DNA of 62,150 bases, filler included, from Bacteriovoracaceae bacterium (GCA_018649885.1; 3 parts of 3 records of this genome joined end to end with filler, not necessarily neighbours in it); one strand, 5' to 3'; positions 37,949 to 48,208 are shown, counted from the whole stretch's first letter. Numbers and translations are program-made. The notes: generated by a model not told the origin, from the letters alone.

Positions 37949-39277
37949 CTAGGATCTAAATCTTGAAGCCATTTTAAAGATGTCTTTAATTCCTGTTTCA
38001 AGAACACCTGTTTGCTCACTTGGACCCTCAATACCAAAGTGTGAGGCCACATCGTAAGCAGAGGTAACGGCGTCGTTGTGAAGGCCATATTTAAAATGAC
38101 TTCCACAAAAGAAACTGTGCATTTTACCATTCAAAGAAGGCAGCCTATCTTGAGTGGCAATAGCATCGAAGGAGAAAATAGGAGTTCTAAAAGTTGAATC
38201 AAATATTTTGAGATCATCTCTAATAGGAAAGTTAGGGTGCTGAGAGCTAATATAGTCACAAGAATCTGATACATAGGGCTCATACCATAGGGCCCCGTTT
38301 ACTGAGGTCGACATCACATCCTTATCACTTGCATTATACAAATAGGTATAGGCCTGAATCAAATGTTTAGGAGGAAAGGCAGAGTGATCTTTGTGAACCA
38401 CAATTTTTCCAATTTTATATTTCCACGGAGATAGAAGTTCTTTTTCAAGTTCCGTAGGCTCATTAATTAAGGCCAGTGCCTGGTCAGCATTACAAGCAAA
38501 TACAACTTCATCAAAAGCTCTTTTGTCTCCACCTTCCATGACAAGAGTAACGCCCTCATCATCTCTGAGAACTGTCTCAACAGTTGAGTTGTATTCAATA
38601 GAGTCGCTAAAATGTGAAGACAGGGCATTTACATATTCTTTAGTGCCTCCAACGATTGCCCTTACGGAGTAGAGAAATTTGGGTGAAATCACATCGTTAT
38701 GACATGTCAGCTTTCCTATGAAAAACTCAGCAGGAGTATCCAAAACTTCGTGGCACTCCATTGATGAGAGAAGACAAAGTGTGCCTAAAAATACTAACTT
38801 TCCGTTACCAGTAATGTCTGGGATTAATTCAAGTGCCTCTCTCATTAGAAGACCTTTCAATTTTCCCTGGGCCATAAGTTTTTTGGCCTTTTTCATGCCT
38901 ATAAACATATCAAGGAGGTTTTTTAAATTTTTGGGTTTAAATAAATCAAAGCCCTGACTCATACCACCTTTTAGAGAAGGGGTAAGGTAGAGGCCCTCAC
39001 CACTATCCATATTGTGAAAACTCATAAAAGTGTTAGCACAGGCATCAGTGTCTACGCCCAGCTCATTTAAAAGAGCATAAAAATTAGCATATCCAGATTT
39101 TCCAAAGGCGGCGACGGCAAGATCCACATCTTCGCCCTCAGGAGTTTGAATCATATAGGCATTCCCACCAACCCTTGAGGATTTTTCAAAAAGTGTCACA
39201 TCGTGCTTTCTTTGAAGAAGATAGGCAGATGTTAATCCTGCAATCCCCCCACCAATAATAGCTATTTTCTTTTTCAC
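37949..39277 (-). CDS. FAD/NAD-dependent oxidoreductase (COG2907-like)
   Basis: IAIIGGGIAGLTSAY..LFEK..RVGG, FDEVVFAC.ADQAL and FCGSHFKYGLHNDAVTSA. GTG at 39277 (ORF track 39322). Confidence 0.85.
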   Translation of the reverse strand: MKKKIAIIGGGIAGLTSAYLLQRKHDVTLFEKSSRVGGNAYMIQTPEGEDVDLAVAAFGKSGYANFYALLNELGVDTDACANTFMSFHNMDSGEGLYLTPSLKGGMSQGFDLFKPKNLKNLLDMFIGMKKAKKLMAQGKLKGLLMREALELIPDITGNGKLVFLGTLCLLSSMECHEVLDTPAEFFIGKLTCHNDVISPKFLYSVRAIVGGTKEYVNALSSHFSDSIEYNSTVETVLRDDEGVTLVMEGGDKRAFDEVVFACNADQALALINEPTELEKELLSPWKYKIGKIVVHKDHSAFPPKHLIQAYTYLYNASDKDVMSTSVNGALWYEPYVSDSCDYISSQHPNFPIRDDLKIFDSTFRTPIFSFDAIATQDRLPSLNGKMHSFFCGSHFKYGLHNDAVTSAYDVASHFGIEGPSEQTGVLETGIKDIFKMASRFRS

Positions 39278-39285
39278 TCTTCCCC

Positions 39286-40065
39286 CTACTGATTTAATGA
39301 CGGATACAAAATGGCTTCGCACTTAGGTGCATAAATACTTTGAAACTCAATTCCAATTTTTAAGGCCTTGAATTTCTCAGTTGTGGGATGACTTCCCCAG
39401 CGAAGAGACATTTTTGGTACTAAAAAGGAAAATCCCCACTCAAGTGGATTCACCATAAACTTGGCAGATGGCACATAAGATTCTTCTTCGGAAAAGGTCA
39501 AAATACTTATGGGCCTATGCTTTTTATCCTGCCTGACAAACTTTGTTTCATATTTTTTAAAATCCATCTCAAGGATCAGATCTTTGGTCTCGTGATCGAG
39601 AAGGGTGCAAATTCGGTGATGCTTTGTTTCCCTAAAGGAGATATCAGCAACAAATTTGGGAAAATGAAAAAACTCCACTCCCCCCTGTGCTGAGATGTCG
39701 GTACTCACTGGAAGGTTTTGAACAAAGCCGTGAACACTTTTATTTAGTGCCTCTTTCAAAAATTTCACGGGTCTTGTCAGCAAGTTCCCTGGAGGCTGAA
39801 CGACAATAGAAAATGCCACTTCGTTATAAGGTCCAATATCTGAAGACTTATATTCAATACAGTGTATTGCGACAAGGCCTTTGCCTGGAAGGATTCTGAT
39901 GGGTTTTAAATTTTTCGGCAAAAGCTTTTTCAGTTCACTCAAACTTGCGGTGAAAAGCCCTCCCATTAAATTAAAATCGCGCAAAAACAAAGGAGTCTTG
40001 GCCTCATACTCGCCAAAATTCACACTTTCTTGCTTCACTTTATTAAAAAACGCAGAGCTACTCAT
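39286..40065 (-). CDS. Acetoacetate decarboxylase (ADC) family protein
   Basis: IEYKSSDIGPYNEVAF and LPVS..S..GG..F.FPK (Schiff-base Lys) motifs. Confidence 0.82.
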   Translation of the reverse strand: MSSSAFFNKVKQESVNFGEYEAKTPLFLRDFNLMGGLFTASLSELKKLLPKNLKPIRILPGKGLVAIHCIEYKSSDIGPYNEVAFSIVVQPPGNLLTRPVKFLKEALNKSVHGFVQNLPVSTDISAQGGVEFFHFPKFVADISFRETKHHRICTLLDHETKDLILEMDFKKYETKFVRQDKKHRPISILTFSEEESYVPSAKFMVNPLEWGFSFLVPKMSLRWGSHPTTEKFKALKIGIEFQSIYAPKCEAILYPSLNQ

Positions 40066-40146
40066 TTCTCATCATCCCTAATTTTTTTAAACATCATAAA
40101 ATTTTTAACTAAATAAATCAAAAAGGCCGTGATCTTTCTCACTAAT

Positions 40147-41181
40147 TTAAATAAAACCTCTGTGATTTAACCAACTATACCAAGTTTTGCCCCTAATTTT
40201 TTGATCAAAATACAACCAGTGTCCACCAGTAACCTCTACCAAATTCTCAATTTTCCATTTCTGAGCAAAGCTAGCGAGATTCATGGAATCTAAAAGCTTA
40301 TCCCCCTTGTGATAGACAATCTTCATGGAATCTGGTGAAAGCTGGCTTTCATAGTTTTCAGGGGTGATGAAATCAATCAATGATTTTGACATCGTGGCCA
40401 TCTGATCGGTCAACTCAAAATTAAATAAGGAGTTCTCTGGAGCCAGCATGGGGTGAAGATTAACTGCTGGAACCACTAAAAATAAGGAATCCATTAAATT
40501 TGACCTGGTTGAATATAGACAACCGGTAAAAGCACCAAGACTTGCCCCTATTACAGCAGGTTTCTCATATCCAAATTGATTTAATAAAAGAATGCTCGAA
40601 TGTAAGTCCTCGATCGCTTGGGCCACACCTTCCAAACTAAGTGGAAGCTTATGGGGGCAAAGTAGACTTTGATTATAAAAATGGTCTGTCCTACTGCCGT
40701 GATAAGGAAGAGTGTAAAGAGCGACATCCACACCCTTTTTGAACAAGTTTTGAATGCTAAACATTTTCATGGAAATATCGAGGTCTCCCAACATAAAGCC
40801 GTGAAGACATAAAACTAAAGGCCTCTTGCCAAGACCTTCGTGAGTAAAAAGATGAAGTGGCACCCTACGGTTTTTAGTAAAGGCACTTAAATCGCCGGCC
40901 AGCATGGGGTTTTTCACATGATAGCTACTATCAAAAAGAAATTTGTGCATTTTCCCTGTCATGAAGTCAGTTGTATTTTTGGAAGTGACTTTTGGGGCCT
41001 TTTCGGGAAGAAGAAAAAAGTCAGAGGGATCACCATCAAGGTATTTCTGATAAAATTCAAGAGATTTTAAATAAACACTATAGGAGCTTTGGTTTTTCTT
41101 TCTAAGAAAACGACCTACCCCGACCATTAGATGATCGGGGATAGCGCCTAGCTTATTAAGAATTTCTTTATTTAATTCCAT
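40147..41181 (-). CDS. Alpha/beta hydrolase
   Basis: LCLHGF, LPYHGSR, nucleophile GASLG, then D and GGH catalytic positions. Confidence 0.85.
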   Translation of the reverse strand: MELNKEILNKLGAIPDHLMVGVGRFLRKKNQSSYSVYLKSLEFYQKYLDGDPSDFFLLPEKAPKVTSKNTTDFMTGKMHKFLFDSSYHVKNPMLAGDLSAFTKNRRVPLHLFTHEGLGKRPLVLCLHGFMLGDLDISMKMFSIQNLFKKGVDVALYTLPYHGSRTDHFYNQSLLCPHKLPLSLEGVAQAIEDLHSSILLLNQFGYEKPAVIGASLGAFTGCLYSTRSNLMDSLFLVVPAVNLHPMLAPENSLFNFELTDQMATMSKSLIDFITPENYESQLSPDSMKIVYHKGDKLLDSMNLASFAQKWKIENLVEVTGGHWLYFDQKIRGKTWYSWLNHRGFI

Positions 41182-41196
41182 TCAATCTAATTCCTA

Positions 41197-41556
41197 TTAC
41201 GAATCACCCATTTTATAGTCTGGCCCATAAAAGCGTGGGAAAGCATTTTTCGATACTTTTTGAGTTCTTCCTTGGGTTTCATAGGCACCATCGGGAACAT
41301 TGTAAAATCTCGAAATTAGAATTGCATCCGTATGGCAAACAGCTGTGCAGGCCCCACAAGAAATACAATCAGCTTCACCGAACATTTTAGACTTCTTAAT
41401 ACTATCATCCATCTCTAAGGCGGTAGCAGGACAGACTTGAACACATTGAGTGCAACCAGTGCATAGATCGTGATCAGTTACCACCTGTCCTGTGGCGTAA
41501 TTATTTTGAGCGTAGGACAAAACATCTTCTGTATATGTAAAAATATTTTTCAGCAT
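41197..41556 (-). CDS. 2[4Fe-4S] ferredoxin-like protein
   Basis: CTGCTQCVQVCP and CISCGACTAVC. Confidence 0.92.
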   Translation of the reverse strand: MLKNIFTYTEDVLSYAQNNYATGQVVTDHDLCTGCTQCVQVCPATALEMDDSIKKSKMFGEADCISCGACTAVCHTDAILISRFYNVPDGAYETQGRTQKVSKNAFPRFYGPDYKMGDS

Positions 41557-41567
41557 TCTGGCCTCCC

Positions 41568-42293
41568 CTAAAATAAAATCTTCTTAGACCCATCTTGGTC
41601 GTAATAATCAATTTGCGGCATATCTCTTTGGACTATTCCATCTGGTTTAAATTTGGGATATCCCACGCAAATGGCGGTGCTAATCTCCCAAGGTTTTGAG
41701 ATTTCCATTTTCCTAAGCCATTTCTTGTCCTTCAAAAAACTAGCAAAGCCAATATAGCATGTGGCAAGTCCCAGTGAGTGGGCGGCCAAAACCATATTTT
41801 GTGAACAAAGACCTGTATCAAATTCAGGGGAATCAATTCCCCTGGTATCCTTTAAAACTAAAATGACTACAGGTGAGTCGTGAAAGATTTTAAGCCTTCC
41901 GGCCAAAACTTCTCTTGTTGCGCCAAATGGCCTCAAATCTCCCATACTTTGAGATTTTAATAAACCAATAGCGGATACTGCAATATCTCTTGCAAGGCCC
42001 GTTGAGTTAACAATTTTCTCAAGTGGACCCATTTTCTTTATAAGAATATCGCTCATCTCCTGGATCATCTCCCAGTTTTGAAGAACAATAAATCTCCAAG
42101 GCTGGCAATTTCCCGCAGAGGGGGCATACCTTCCTGCTTCTAAAATTCTTCTAAGTAGATAATCGGGAACTTTCTTTGAGCGAAACCTTCTTACACTTCT
42201 TCTATTTAATATTACCTTCTCTACTTCATTCCATTCACTATCAGTTTTCTTTTTTGTTTCTGTATTTGCATCAGTATTTTCTTCTATTTCCAT
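41568..42293 (-). CDS. Nitroreductase family protein
   Basis: RRSVRRF, APSAGNCQPWRF and QNMVLAAHSLGLATC. Confidence 0.93.
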   Translation of the reverse strand: MEIEENTDANTETKKKTDSEWNEVEKVILNRRSVRRFRSKKVPDYLLRRILEAGRYAPSAGNCQPWRFIVLQNWEMIQEMSDILIKKMGPLEKIVNSTGLARDIAVSAIGLLKSQSMGDLRPFGATREVLAGRLKIFHDSPVVILVLKDTRGIDSPEFDTGLCSQNMVLAAHSLGLATCYIGFASFLKDKKWLRKMEISKPWEISTAICVGYPKFKPDGIVQRDMPQIDYYDQDGSKKILF

Positions 42294-42300
42294 TACAACC

Positions 42301-43989
42301 TCACGATTCTAAATCAATGGTATCTAACGTTACCCCTTGATCTTTTAACTTCCCTTTTATTACACGGTGAGTGGCCGTTTTAGGGAGCTCGTTCATAACT
42401 CTTATATATCGAGGGATGGCAAAACTTGCTAGTTTTTCACCAAGCCATTGTTTCAAATTCTCTGGTTCTATCTTTTGCCCCCCCACAGGAACCACTACAC
42501 ACATTATATCCTCTTCAGCTAACTGGGAGGGTACTCCAAAGGCTGCGCACTCTAATATATCAGGATGCTTTAATATGGTGTTTTCAATTTCAAAGGCAGA
42601 GACATTCTCCCCTCTTCTTCTCATGGATTCAGTTTTTCTTCCTACGAAATAAAGATAGCCTTTTTCGTCTTTATAAAGAATATCGCCAGAGTAAAGAAGT
42701 CCATCCCTTACTTTTTCACTAGTGGCCTTCTCATTTTTAAAATAGTGGACGGCCTTTTTTTCACCATCGACGCAAAAAACTAACTCGCCATTTTCGCGGG
42801 CACCTGCCTCAGAGCCATCCTCTTTTAGCAATTTATATTTCACTCCCATTGGGCGACCGATAGATCCCACAGGGGCATTACCTAAATTAAAAATAAATCT
42901 AGATCCACCATCCACTGCTGAGTAGCCTTCCCAAATTTTGAGCCCAAAGCGATCTTCAAACTCTTCCCAACTATGAGCTGGACAGGCTGCCGAGAGAACC
43001 AGACGTATGGAGTTGGCAGAGTCATCTGCCTTTTTTGGAGATTTTAAAAGAATTGGAATCATAGCTCCAATAGAGCTAAAGGTAGTCGCACCATGCTCAT
43101 TCACTTCATCCCAAAACTTTGAAGCACTAAATTTTTTGGCCAGTACCACTGGTATTCCCAACCACAAGCTAGCACTAAAAGTGAGAAAAAGTGCATTGGC
43201 ATGGAATAAGGGCAAACAGGTATAGATTACATCATCTTTATTAAAGATAAGGTGTGCAAAGAGCCCCATCCTTCTAAGCCAGGTATTGGAGTAGTCAAAG
43301 ACAACTCCCTTTGGTCTTCCGGTTGTCCCCGATGTATACATAATGGTCGAAATATCATCTGGCTTAACTTTCCACGATGGGCTGGGCGCCTTGCTAGATG
43401 AGAAAAAGATATCAATATTTTGAAACTCAGACGGAAGTGCTTGTCCCCCTGAGCTTGTGCCCCTAACGTAAATGCTTTCAATATTTTTGAGGCCACCTTT
43501 TATGGCCTCAATATGCGGAAGTTGTTCTGCATCAATAATTAAAATCTTTATATCTGAATGGTTAATAATATATTCTAGTCCATCTCCCCTAAGAGCAGTA
43601 TTAATGGGGACCATATACATCCCCATCCTTTGAGTTGCATAGTATGTGTAGATAAACTCAGGGCAGTTACCCATCATGATGCCAAGTCCATCACCCTGAC
43701 TAAAACCAATGGCACTAAGATAATTCCCCACGCTGTTGGTGAGATCATCCGCCTCACCAAAAGAAATTGTTTGATCTTCAAAATAGATAAAGGGTTTTTG
43801 AGGATAGACCTTCGCTTGCTTCTCTAAAAGCCCGCACAGAGTTTCGGCCTGAGAAAACTTCAGGTTCTTTTTTTTTAAAGATTTTTTGAGTGTACCAAAA
43901 AGAGTCTCGCGTTTTAATTCTTCCGAAAAAAAATGTGCGGCTACATTTGGTAAGCTTAAAAACCATTTTTTAGTTTTATTTTTTCCCAA
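42301..43989 (-). CDS. AMP-binding acyl-CoA ligase (CaiC-like)
   Basis: YTSGTTGRPKG, LPLFHANA, SGD, RRRGENVSAFEIE and LPKTATHRV. Confidence 0.92.
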   Translation of the reverse strand: MGKNKTKKWFLSLPNVAAHFFSEELKRETLFGTLKKSLKKKNLKFSQAETLCGLLEKQAKVYPQKPFIYFEDQTISFGEADDLTNSVGNYLSAIGFSQGDGLGIMMGNCPEFIYTYYATQRMGMYMVPINTALRGDGLEYIINHSDIKILIIDAEQLPHIEAIKGGLKNIESIYVRGTSSGGQALPSEFQNIDIFFSSSKAPSPSWKVKPDDISTIMYTSGTTGRPKGVVFDYSNTWLRRMGLFAHLIFNKDDVIYTCLPLFHANALFLTFSASLWLGIPVVLAKKFSASKFWDEVNEHGATTFSSIGAMIPILLKSPKKADDSANSIRLVLSAACPAHSWEEFEDRFGLKIWEGYSAVDGGSRFIFNLGNAPVGSIGRPMGVKYKLLKEDGSEAGARENGELVFCVDGEKKAVHYFKNEKATSEKVRDGLLYSGDILYKDEKGYLYFVGRKTESMRRRGENVSAFEIENTILKHPDILECAAFGVPSQLAEEDIMCVVVPVGGQKIEPENLKQWLGEKLASFAIPRYIRVMNELPKTATHRVIKGKLKDQGVTLDTIDLES

Positions 43990-44098
43990 AGTATTGGGCC
44001 CCCCTCTGCGCCTAGAATGCTAAGCGACGAAAAACAAAACCACTAATCTTATAATATAGTAAATTTGTCTGGGTTGGTCGAATAAGGCCAAATGTACA

Positions 44099-44653
44099 CT
44101 AAGCAGCAGAGATCAGACGATGTTTTCTCATGCTCCTAAGCATCAAAAAAAGCTCTAGACCCGCAAGAACAAAGGACCCTGCCGATACCATCAAAGTGTT
44201 AAATTTCAAAAATAGTGGAATAGAAACTCCTAAGCTTATGAGCTCATTTGGCCCAAATTGAAAATTCCAGCCAATATAGAAAAAGCTAAGGGCCGCCATT
44301 CCCATCCAAGTTGAACCAGCTATGTGAATCATGTACTCAATTCTCGGGAGCCCTCCGTGATGGGCCCGAGAGTCTTGCTCTAAGAAGGCATCAATCAAAT
44401 TATTCATAAAATCAAAAACAATCAGACCACCAATTATGTAAAACCAAATACCCGAGGGCCTAAAAAAGGCAAGGAACAAGGTAATAACTCCCAAAACGAG
44501 ACTTCTTATAATGTGAGTCTTAGTCTCGTCCCAAGACTTGGGGTCTGAGGCCAATTTATATTTATAAATATGAAAATATAAAACATCTAAGGCTCCAAGG
44601 GGGGCAATAATACTTATCAGCACAAGTGTTAGATTCAATCCTTCAAAATTCAT
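44099..44653 (-). CDS. Integral membrane hypothetical protein
   Basis: About 5 TM segments and a GGLPRIEYMIH motif. Directly downstream of the ArsR gene. Confidence 0.75.
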   Translation of the reverse strand: MNFEGLNLTLVLISIIAPLGALDVLYFHIYKYKLASDPKSWDETKTHIIRSLVLGVITLFLAFFRPSGIWFYIIGGLIVFDFMNNLIDAFLEQDSRAHHGGLPRIEYMIHIAGSTWMGMAALSFFYIGWNFQFGPNELISLGVSIPLFLKFNTLMVSAGSFVLAGLELFLMLRSMRKHRLISAA

Positions 44654-44662
44654 TTTTTCCTC

Positions 44663-44989
44663 TTATTTACAACATCCAAAACTCAGACATTTTTTAATAG
44701 ACGTGAGAATATTTTCAAAGCGACCAAGAAACTCCGACCCATTGATATTATACAAAACATTCCTGCCACACTTTTTCATGGTTAATATGCTGGCATCTTC
44801 CATTTTAGATAAGTGTCTTGAAATAACGGAGCGGTCTTGTGGCATCCTTTCGGACAAAGTATTTACATCACTCTCGCCAAGCTCAAGTAAAGTTTTAAGG
44901 ATCTCGACTCTGACTGGCTCACTGAGTGTCTTGAAGAATTTTGCATCAAGATTTTCGGTAAGTTTTTTAATTTCACTTTGCTTTCCCAT
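44663..44989 (-). CDS. ArsR/SmtB family transcriptional regulator
   Basis: FFKTLSEPVRVEIL, QDRSVISRHL and C-terminal CC. ATG at 44989 (ORF track 45007). Confidence 0.9.
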   Translation of the reverse strand: MGKQSEIKKLTENLDAKFFKTLSEPVRVEILKTLLELGESDVNTLSERMPQDRSVISRHLSKMEDASILTMKKCGRNVLYNINGSEFLGRFENILTSIKKCLSFGCCK

Positions 44990-44991
44990 CA

Positions 44992-45005
44992 GTGCATATT
45001 TGCAC
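44992..45005. promoter_or_regulatory. Palindromic operator GTGCA-N4-TGCAC at the ArsR start
   Basis: Immediately upstream of the ATG, with a further TGCAC copy at 45011-45015. Confidence 0.55.
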
Positions 45006-45218
45006 ACAAATGCACGTATATCAAAAAGCCGGATAACTCTCTAAATAGGGCCAAAGGCCATTCCTGCGTAAACTGAGCTCTACCTTAGACTCATAGAGCG
45101 GAAATACATTTAATTTCGGAAGGTTAGGATGTTTTTTTTTCTCCCCTTAGGTTTTTAGGTGTACGCGTTATAATATGAGGCAAGATGTTAACCTTGGACT
45201 CTTTCGCTGGAGGAAAAA

Positions 45219-45881
45219 ATGAAAATCGTAATTTTAAGTTATTTGCTATTAATAAGTTTCGCTGCGAGTGCAGGCTCTCGGAGAGATGTATACTTTGATA
45301 CGCCCCTGAGCACCTTTTATGTAGAGAACAATCGATACCCATGCAGGAATGGAAGTAAAAAATTCACACTGCAGAAGAAATACACGCTTTCAATTTTTGA
45401 TATTTTTGATGACTTCCAAGACTATCCTCCTTACGAGGAAGATTCTTTAGACGATATTATGTATGACCTGGATTCAAGTATCTTAGATGGCACAGCTAGA
45501 ATTCGTTATAAGGTAAATGTTAATACAAACACTGCTATCTTGGGTGTAGGACCCCTCTCGCATGGCCCAATATCTCTACGAGTAAGCTTACTTGGTGAAT
45601 CTGATTATCAGAAGGTTACCTTGGCCACTGATTCAATAGAAGCATTTGAAGAAAACATTAATTTAGATCTCGATCTTAATCCTTATTCTATCGTTGTTTT
45701 ATACCCAGTATATCGCTCTCGACTTCTTGGTTCTGATACTTTAATGGCATCTTTCACTACTACTGTTTCTTGCCCCTCAAATCCGACCAATGCAAGATTT
45801 GTTGATAGAACCAAACTCAGTATATTTGTGGATATTGCAGGATCCAATGAACCTCTTTTAACCTATTTCACAAGAGAGTAA
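45219..45881 (+). CDS. Secreted hypothetical protein
   Basis: GGAGG RBS, upstream TATAAT and a signal peptide ending in ASA. Confidence 0.75.
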   Translation: MKIVILSYLLLISFAASAGSRRDVYFDTPLSTFYVENNRYPCRNGSKKFTLQKKYTLSIFDIFDDFQDYPPYEEDSLDDIMYDLDSSILDGTARIRYKVNVNTNTAILGVGPLSHGPISLRVSLLGESDYQKVTLATDSIEAFEENINLDLDLNPYSIVVLYPVYRSRLLGSDTLMASFTTTVSCPSNPTNARFVDRTKLSIFVDIAGSNEPLLTYFTRE

Positions 45882-46080
45882 ACTTTGAATGAGAATACAT
45901 TTTAATGGCCTGAATGATACATGGCTACTTTTAGAAAAGATTACTGAATTGTGAAGCTAAGAATTTTTCATGAGTGTGCCAGCTATGGTATTACACCTTA
46001 ACTTTAACTATTTGTAGCTAAACCAATTCTAAATGCCTAAAACATGGCCACAGGAACTGCCCAATTTCTCTTTTCCCTAA

Positions 46081-46240
46081 AAAATTGCTACCTAATTTTC
46101 CGGAGGACCCAGCGTAGGGCCCTCAAACCTTCTGCCCTTCGGGGACGGAGAGACCATTACAGTTTGGGTGAAGGTAAAACTAGCACTATCACTTCCCTAC
46201 TCCATAAGCTCAAATGTCAAAGCAGTGGGCAGCTCGCTAA
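46081..46240 (+). ncRNA. Candidate structured non-coding RNA (unassigned)
   Basis: GC-richer multi-hairpin segment between convergent genes. Includes CCC-TTCG-GGG (UUCG tetraloop) and GAGGACCC/GGGCCCTC stems. Confidence 0.3.
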
Positions 46241-46269
46241 AATTATTATCCTTTAGTGAACTGGATTTT

Positions 46270-47211
46270 TTATAATTTAAAGATTGATCTAATGACAGCT
46301 GCTGTGTCTTTAATGCTTATTGGATTAGAAAGAGGTAGGTCTTCTCTAGATGCCTTGTCTCCTATAATGATCCATGGGATGGTAACATCATCCGCGACAA
46401 AGTTTTCGTATGTAAGAGAGTATACATCCGATAGATCTATTTCATTTCCAGCGCTATCATGTTTACCATGTGACATTGTCCCGTGCCCACCATGATCAGC
46501 GGTTACAATAATAGTGGTATTTTTAAGTCCAGGATCATTTTTTTCAAGGACAGAAATAATTGCTTCAATCTTTTGGTCAACAAGAGCAATTTTAAGAATT
46601 TGCTGTGGGCCACCCCACCCCCCATAGACATGACCATTCCAGTCGATTTCACCATAGTGAATGAATAAAAAATCAAATTGATTTTCTTCCACAATTTTCA
46701 TGGCATCTCTTTGGACAAAACTATCTGTTCGAAAGGATTTCACGGCCATAATTGGTGATAACAGCCTACTTGCCGAATCTAGATTCCATTTCCATTTGGG
46801 TCCATAGTAGTCTATTCCCAATTCACCAGTAGTGGATAATATGTATTTGAGTTTTTTCTTGGCCACAGAAGCAGCCGTTTTATATCCAGCACTTCCCAAT
46901 TGATCAAAAATAGTAGGAGTTGTAATGAGAGAACTCCCATCAGAAGAATTATTTAACATTTGGTGGATTGTAGGATCTACCCCTGTGAGCATTGAAGCAT
47001 GTGAAGGAATTGTAAGGGGTGGAAGAGTTGTCATAGCGTCTGTATGAAAATTACTAGGACCTGCTCTTTTGGCCAGCAGAGGAAGATAACGAGCCGCGAG
47101 CTCCCCTTTTAAACCATCAACACTGATTAAAACAACCTTCTTTGGTTCTGCCGTCCTTCCACTAATAGAGGTTAAAAAAAGACAGAAACAAATTAACAGC
47201 AATATTTTCAT
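46270..47211 (-). CDS. Alkaline phosphatase superfamily (NPP-like) secreted enzyme
   Basis: LISVDGL, TIPSHASMLTGV, DWNGH and TADHGG. ATG at 47211 (ORF track 47229). Confidence 0.9.
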   Translation of the reverse strand: MKILLLICFCLFLTSISGRTAEPKKVVLISVDGLKGELAARYLPLLAKRAGPSNFHTDAMTTLPPLTIPSHASMLTGVDPTIHQMLNNSSDGSSLITTPTIFDQLGSAGYKTAASVAKKKLKYILSTTGELGIDYYGPKWKWNLDSASRLLSPIMAVKSFRTDSFVQRDAMKIVEENQFDFLFIHYGEIDWNGHVYGGWGGPQQILKIALVDQKIEAIISVLEKNDPGLKNTTIIVTADHGGHGTMSHGKHDSAGNEIDLSDVYSLTYENFVADDVTIPWIIIGDKASREDLPLSNPISIKDTAAVIRSIFKL

Positions 47212-47317
47212 AGAGGGCCCCGAAATCAATTGTGATTAAGACTACTATAATGCATTTCCAGATTTTTCTCTCACCAAAGACCCTCTTATTCATGATGCTT
47301 AATGAATTACTAATCAA

Positions 47318-48208
47318 TTACTCTGCTTGTAAAAGTTCTCGGTACCTTTTTTGAAGAGAAGCAAAGTCACTTGATTTTCTATAAGCTTTTGCAAAAACTA
47401 AATTCTCTGGACGAAAAACAGTAGTGTTATGGGTATAGTATTCGTACTCAGCGGGATTCAACATCGAAAATATCTCAACACTTTTCCCCGCGTCCCAGAG
47501 GTTCTTGGGCCTGGCAAATTTGAGGGGGCCTTCAAGCCATTGATCTGATTGAAGGTAGCGAATAATTAAACCCACCATTCCAGTTCTATGGTGCCCACCT
47601 CGACAATGAAAGAGAACTGGCTGATTATTTGGATCGAGAACTAGATCCATAACTCTATTAAACTCATCGATTCCGCCATCACGACCATTAGCACTTCTTC
47701 CAGGAGAAAAAAGTTTCGAGGCCTGATCGCCAAGTAAGTCTTGCCCATCAATATCTTCATGGGGTGCATAAGGAGAGAAACCATCTACATATGTACTCTC
47801 AGATTCACTACCAAAGCTGTGGTGAAAATCATAACCAAAACTATCTGCTTCCATAAATTCTTCTAAGGCATAAGCTCCGCTCGTTCCTCTTCTACCGGCA
47901 GAGATGACTCCTCCAAAAAAGCTATCACTACTATCGTAAGCCTGTTTAAGCTCACCGTAGCTATAGCTCTTGCCGTAACCATCACTATTCATATAGATAA
48001 TTGTCTTGGGAAAGGGAAGATCACTGGCCTCAAGGTGCAGCTTTAACTCAGCTAAGCCCTCTGTGCCAAGCTTTGCAGACCTATAAATTTGGTGAGTTTC
48101 ATTGTTAACCACAACCCCAAAGTTTAGTGAACTCAACTGATTTGTTGTTTCAGCGTATAATTGAAAACAAAGAAGTGAAACAAACAATAATTTGTAAGTA
48201 GTATTCAT
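47318..48208 (-). CDS. Secreted CX5R (protein-tyrosine/dual-specificity-like) phosphatase
   Basis: IYRSA and PVLFHCRGGHHRTG motifs, plus a signal peptide. Confidence 0.85.
   Translation of the reverse strand: MNTTYKLLFVSLLCFQLYAETTNQLSSLNFGVVVNNETHQIYRSAKLGTEGLAELKLHLEASDLPFPKTIIYMNSDGYGKSYSYGELKQAYDSSDSFFGGVISAGRRGTSGAYALEEFMEADSFGYDFHHSFGSESESTYVDGFSPYAPHEDIDGQDLLGDQASKLFSPGRSANGRDGGIDEFNRVMDLVLDPNNQPVLFHCRGGHHRTGMVGLIIRYLQSDQWLEGPLKFARPKNLWDAGKSVEIFSMLNPAEYEYYTHNTTVFRPENLVFAKAYRKSSDFASLQKRYRELLQAE

Noticed and set aside
46044..46256. 70-aa ORF and a sigma54-like TGGCCACAGGAACTGC
   Set aside because: No clear RBS or recognisable protein features. The GG-GC spacing is 11 rather than 10.
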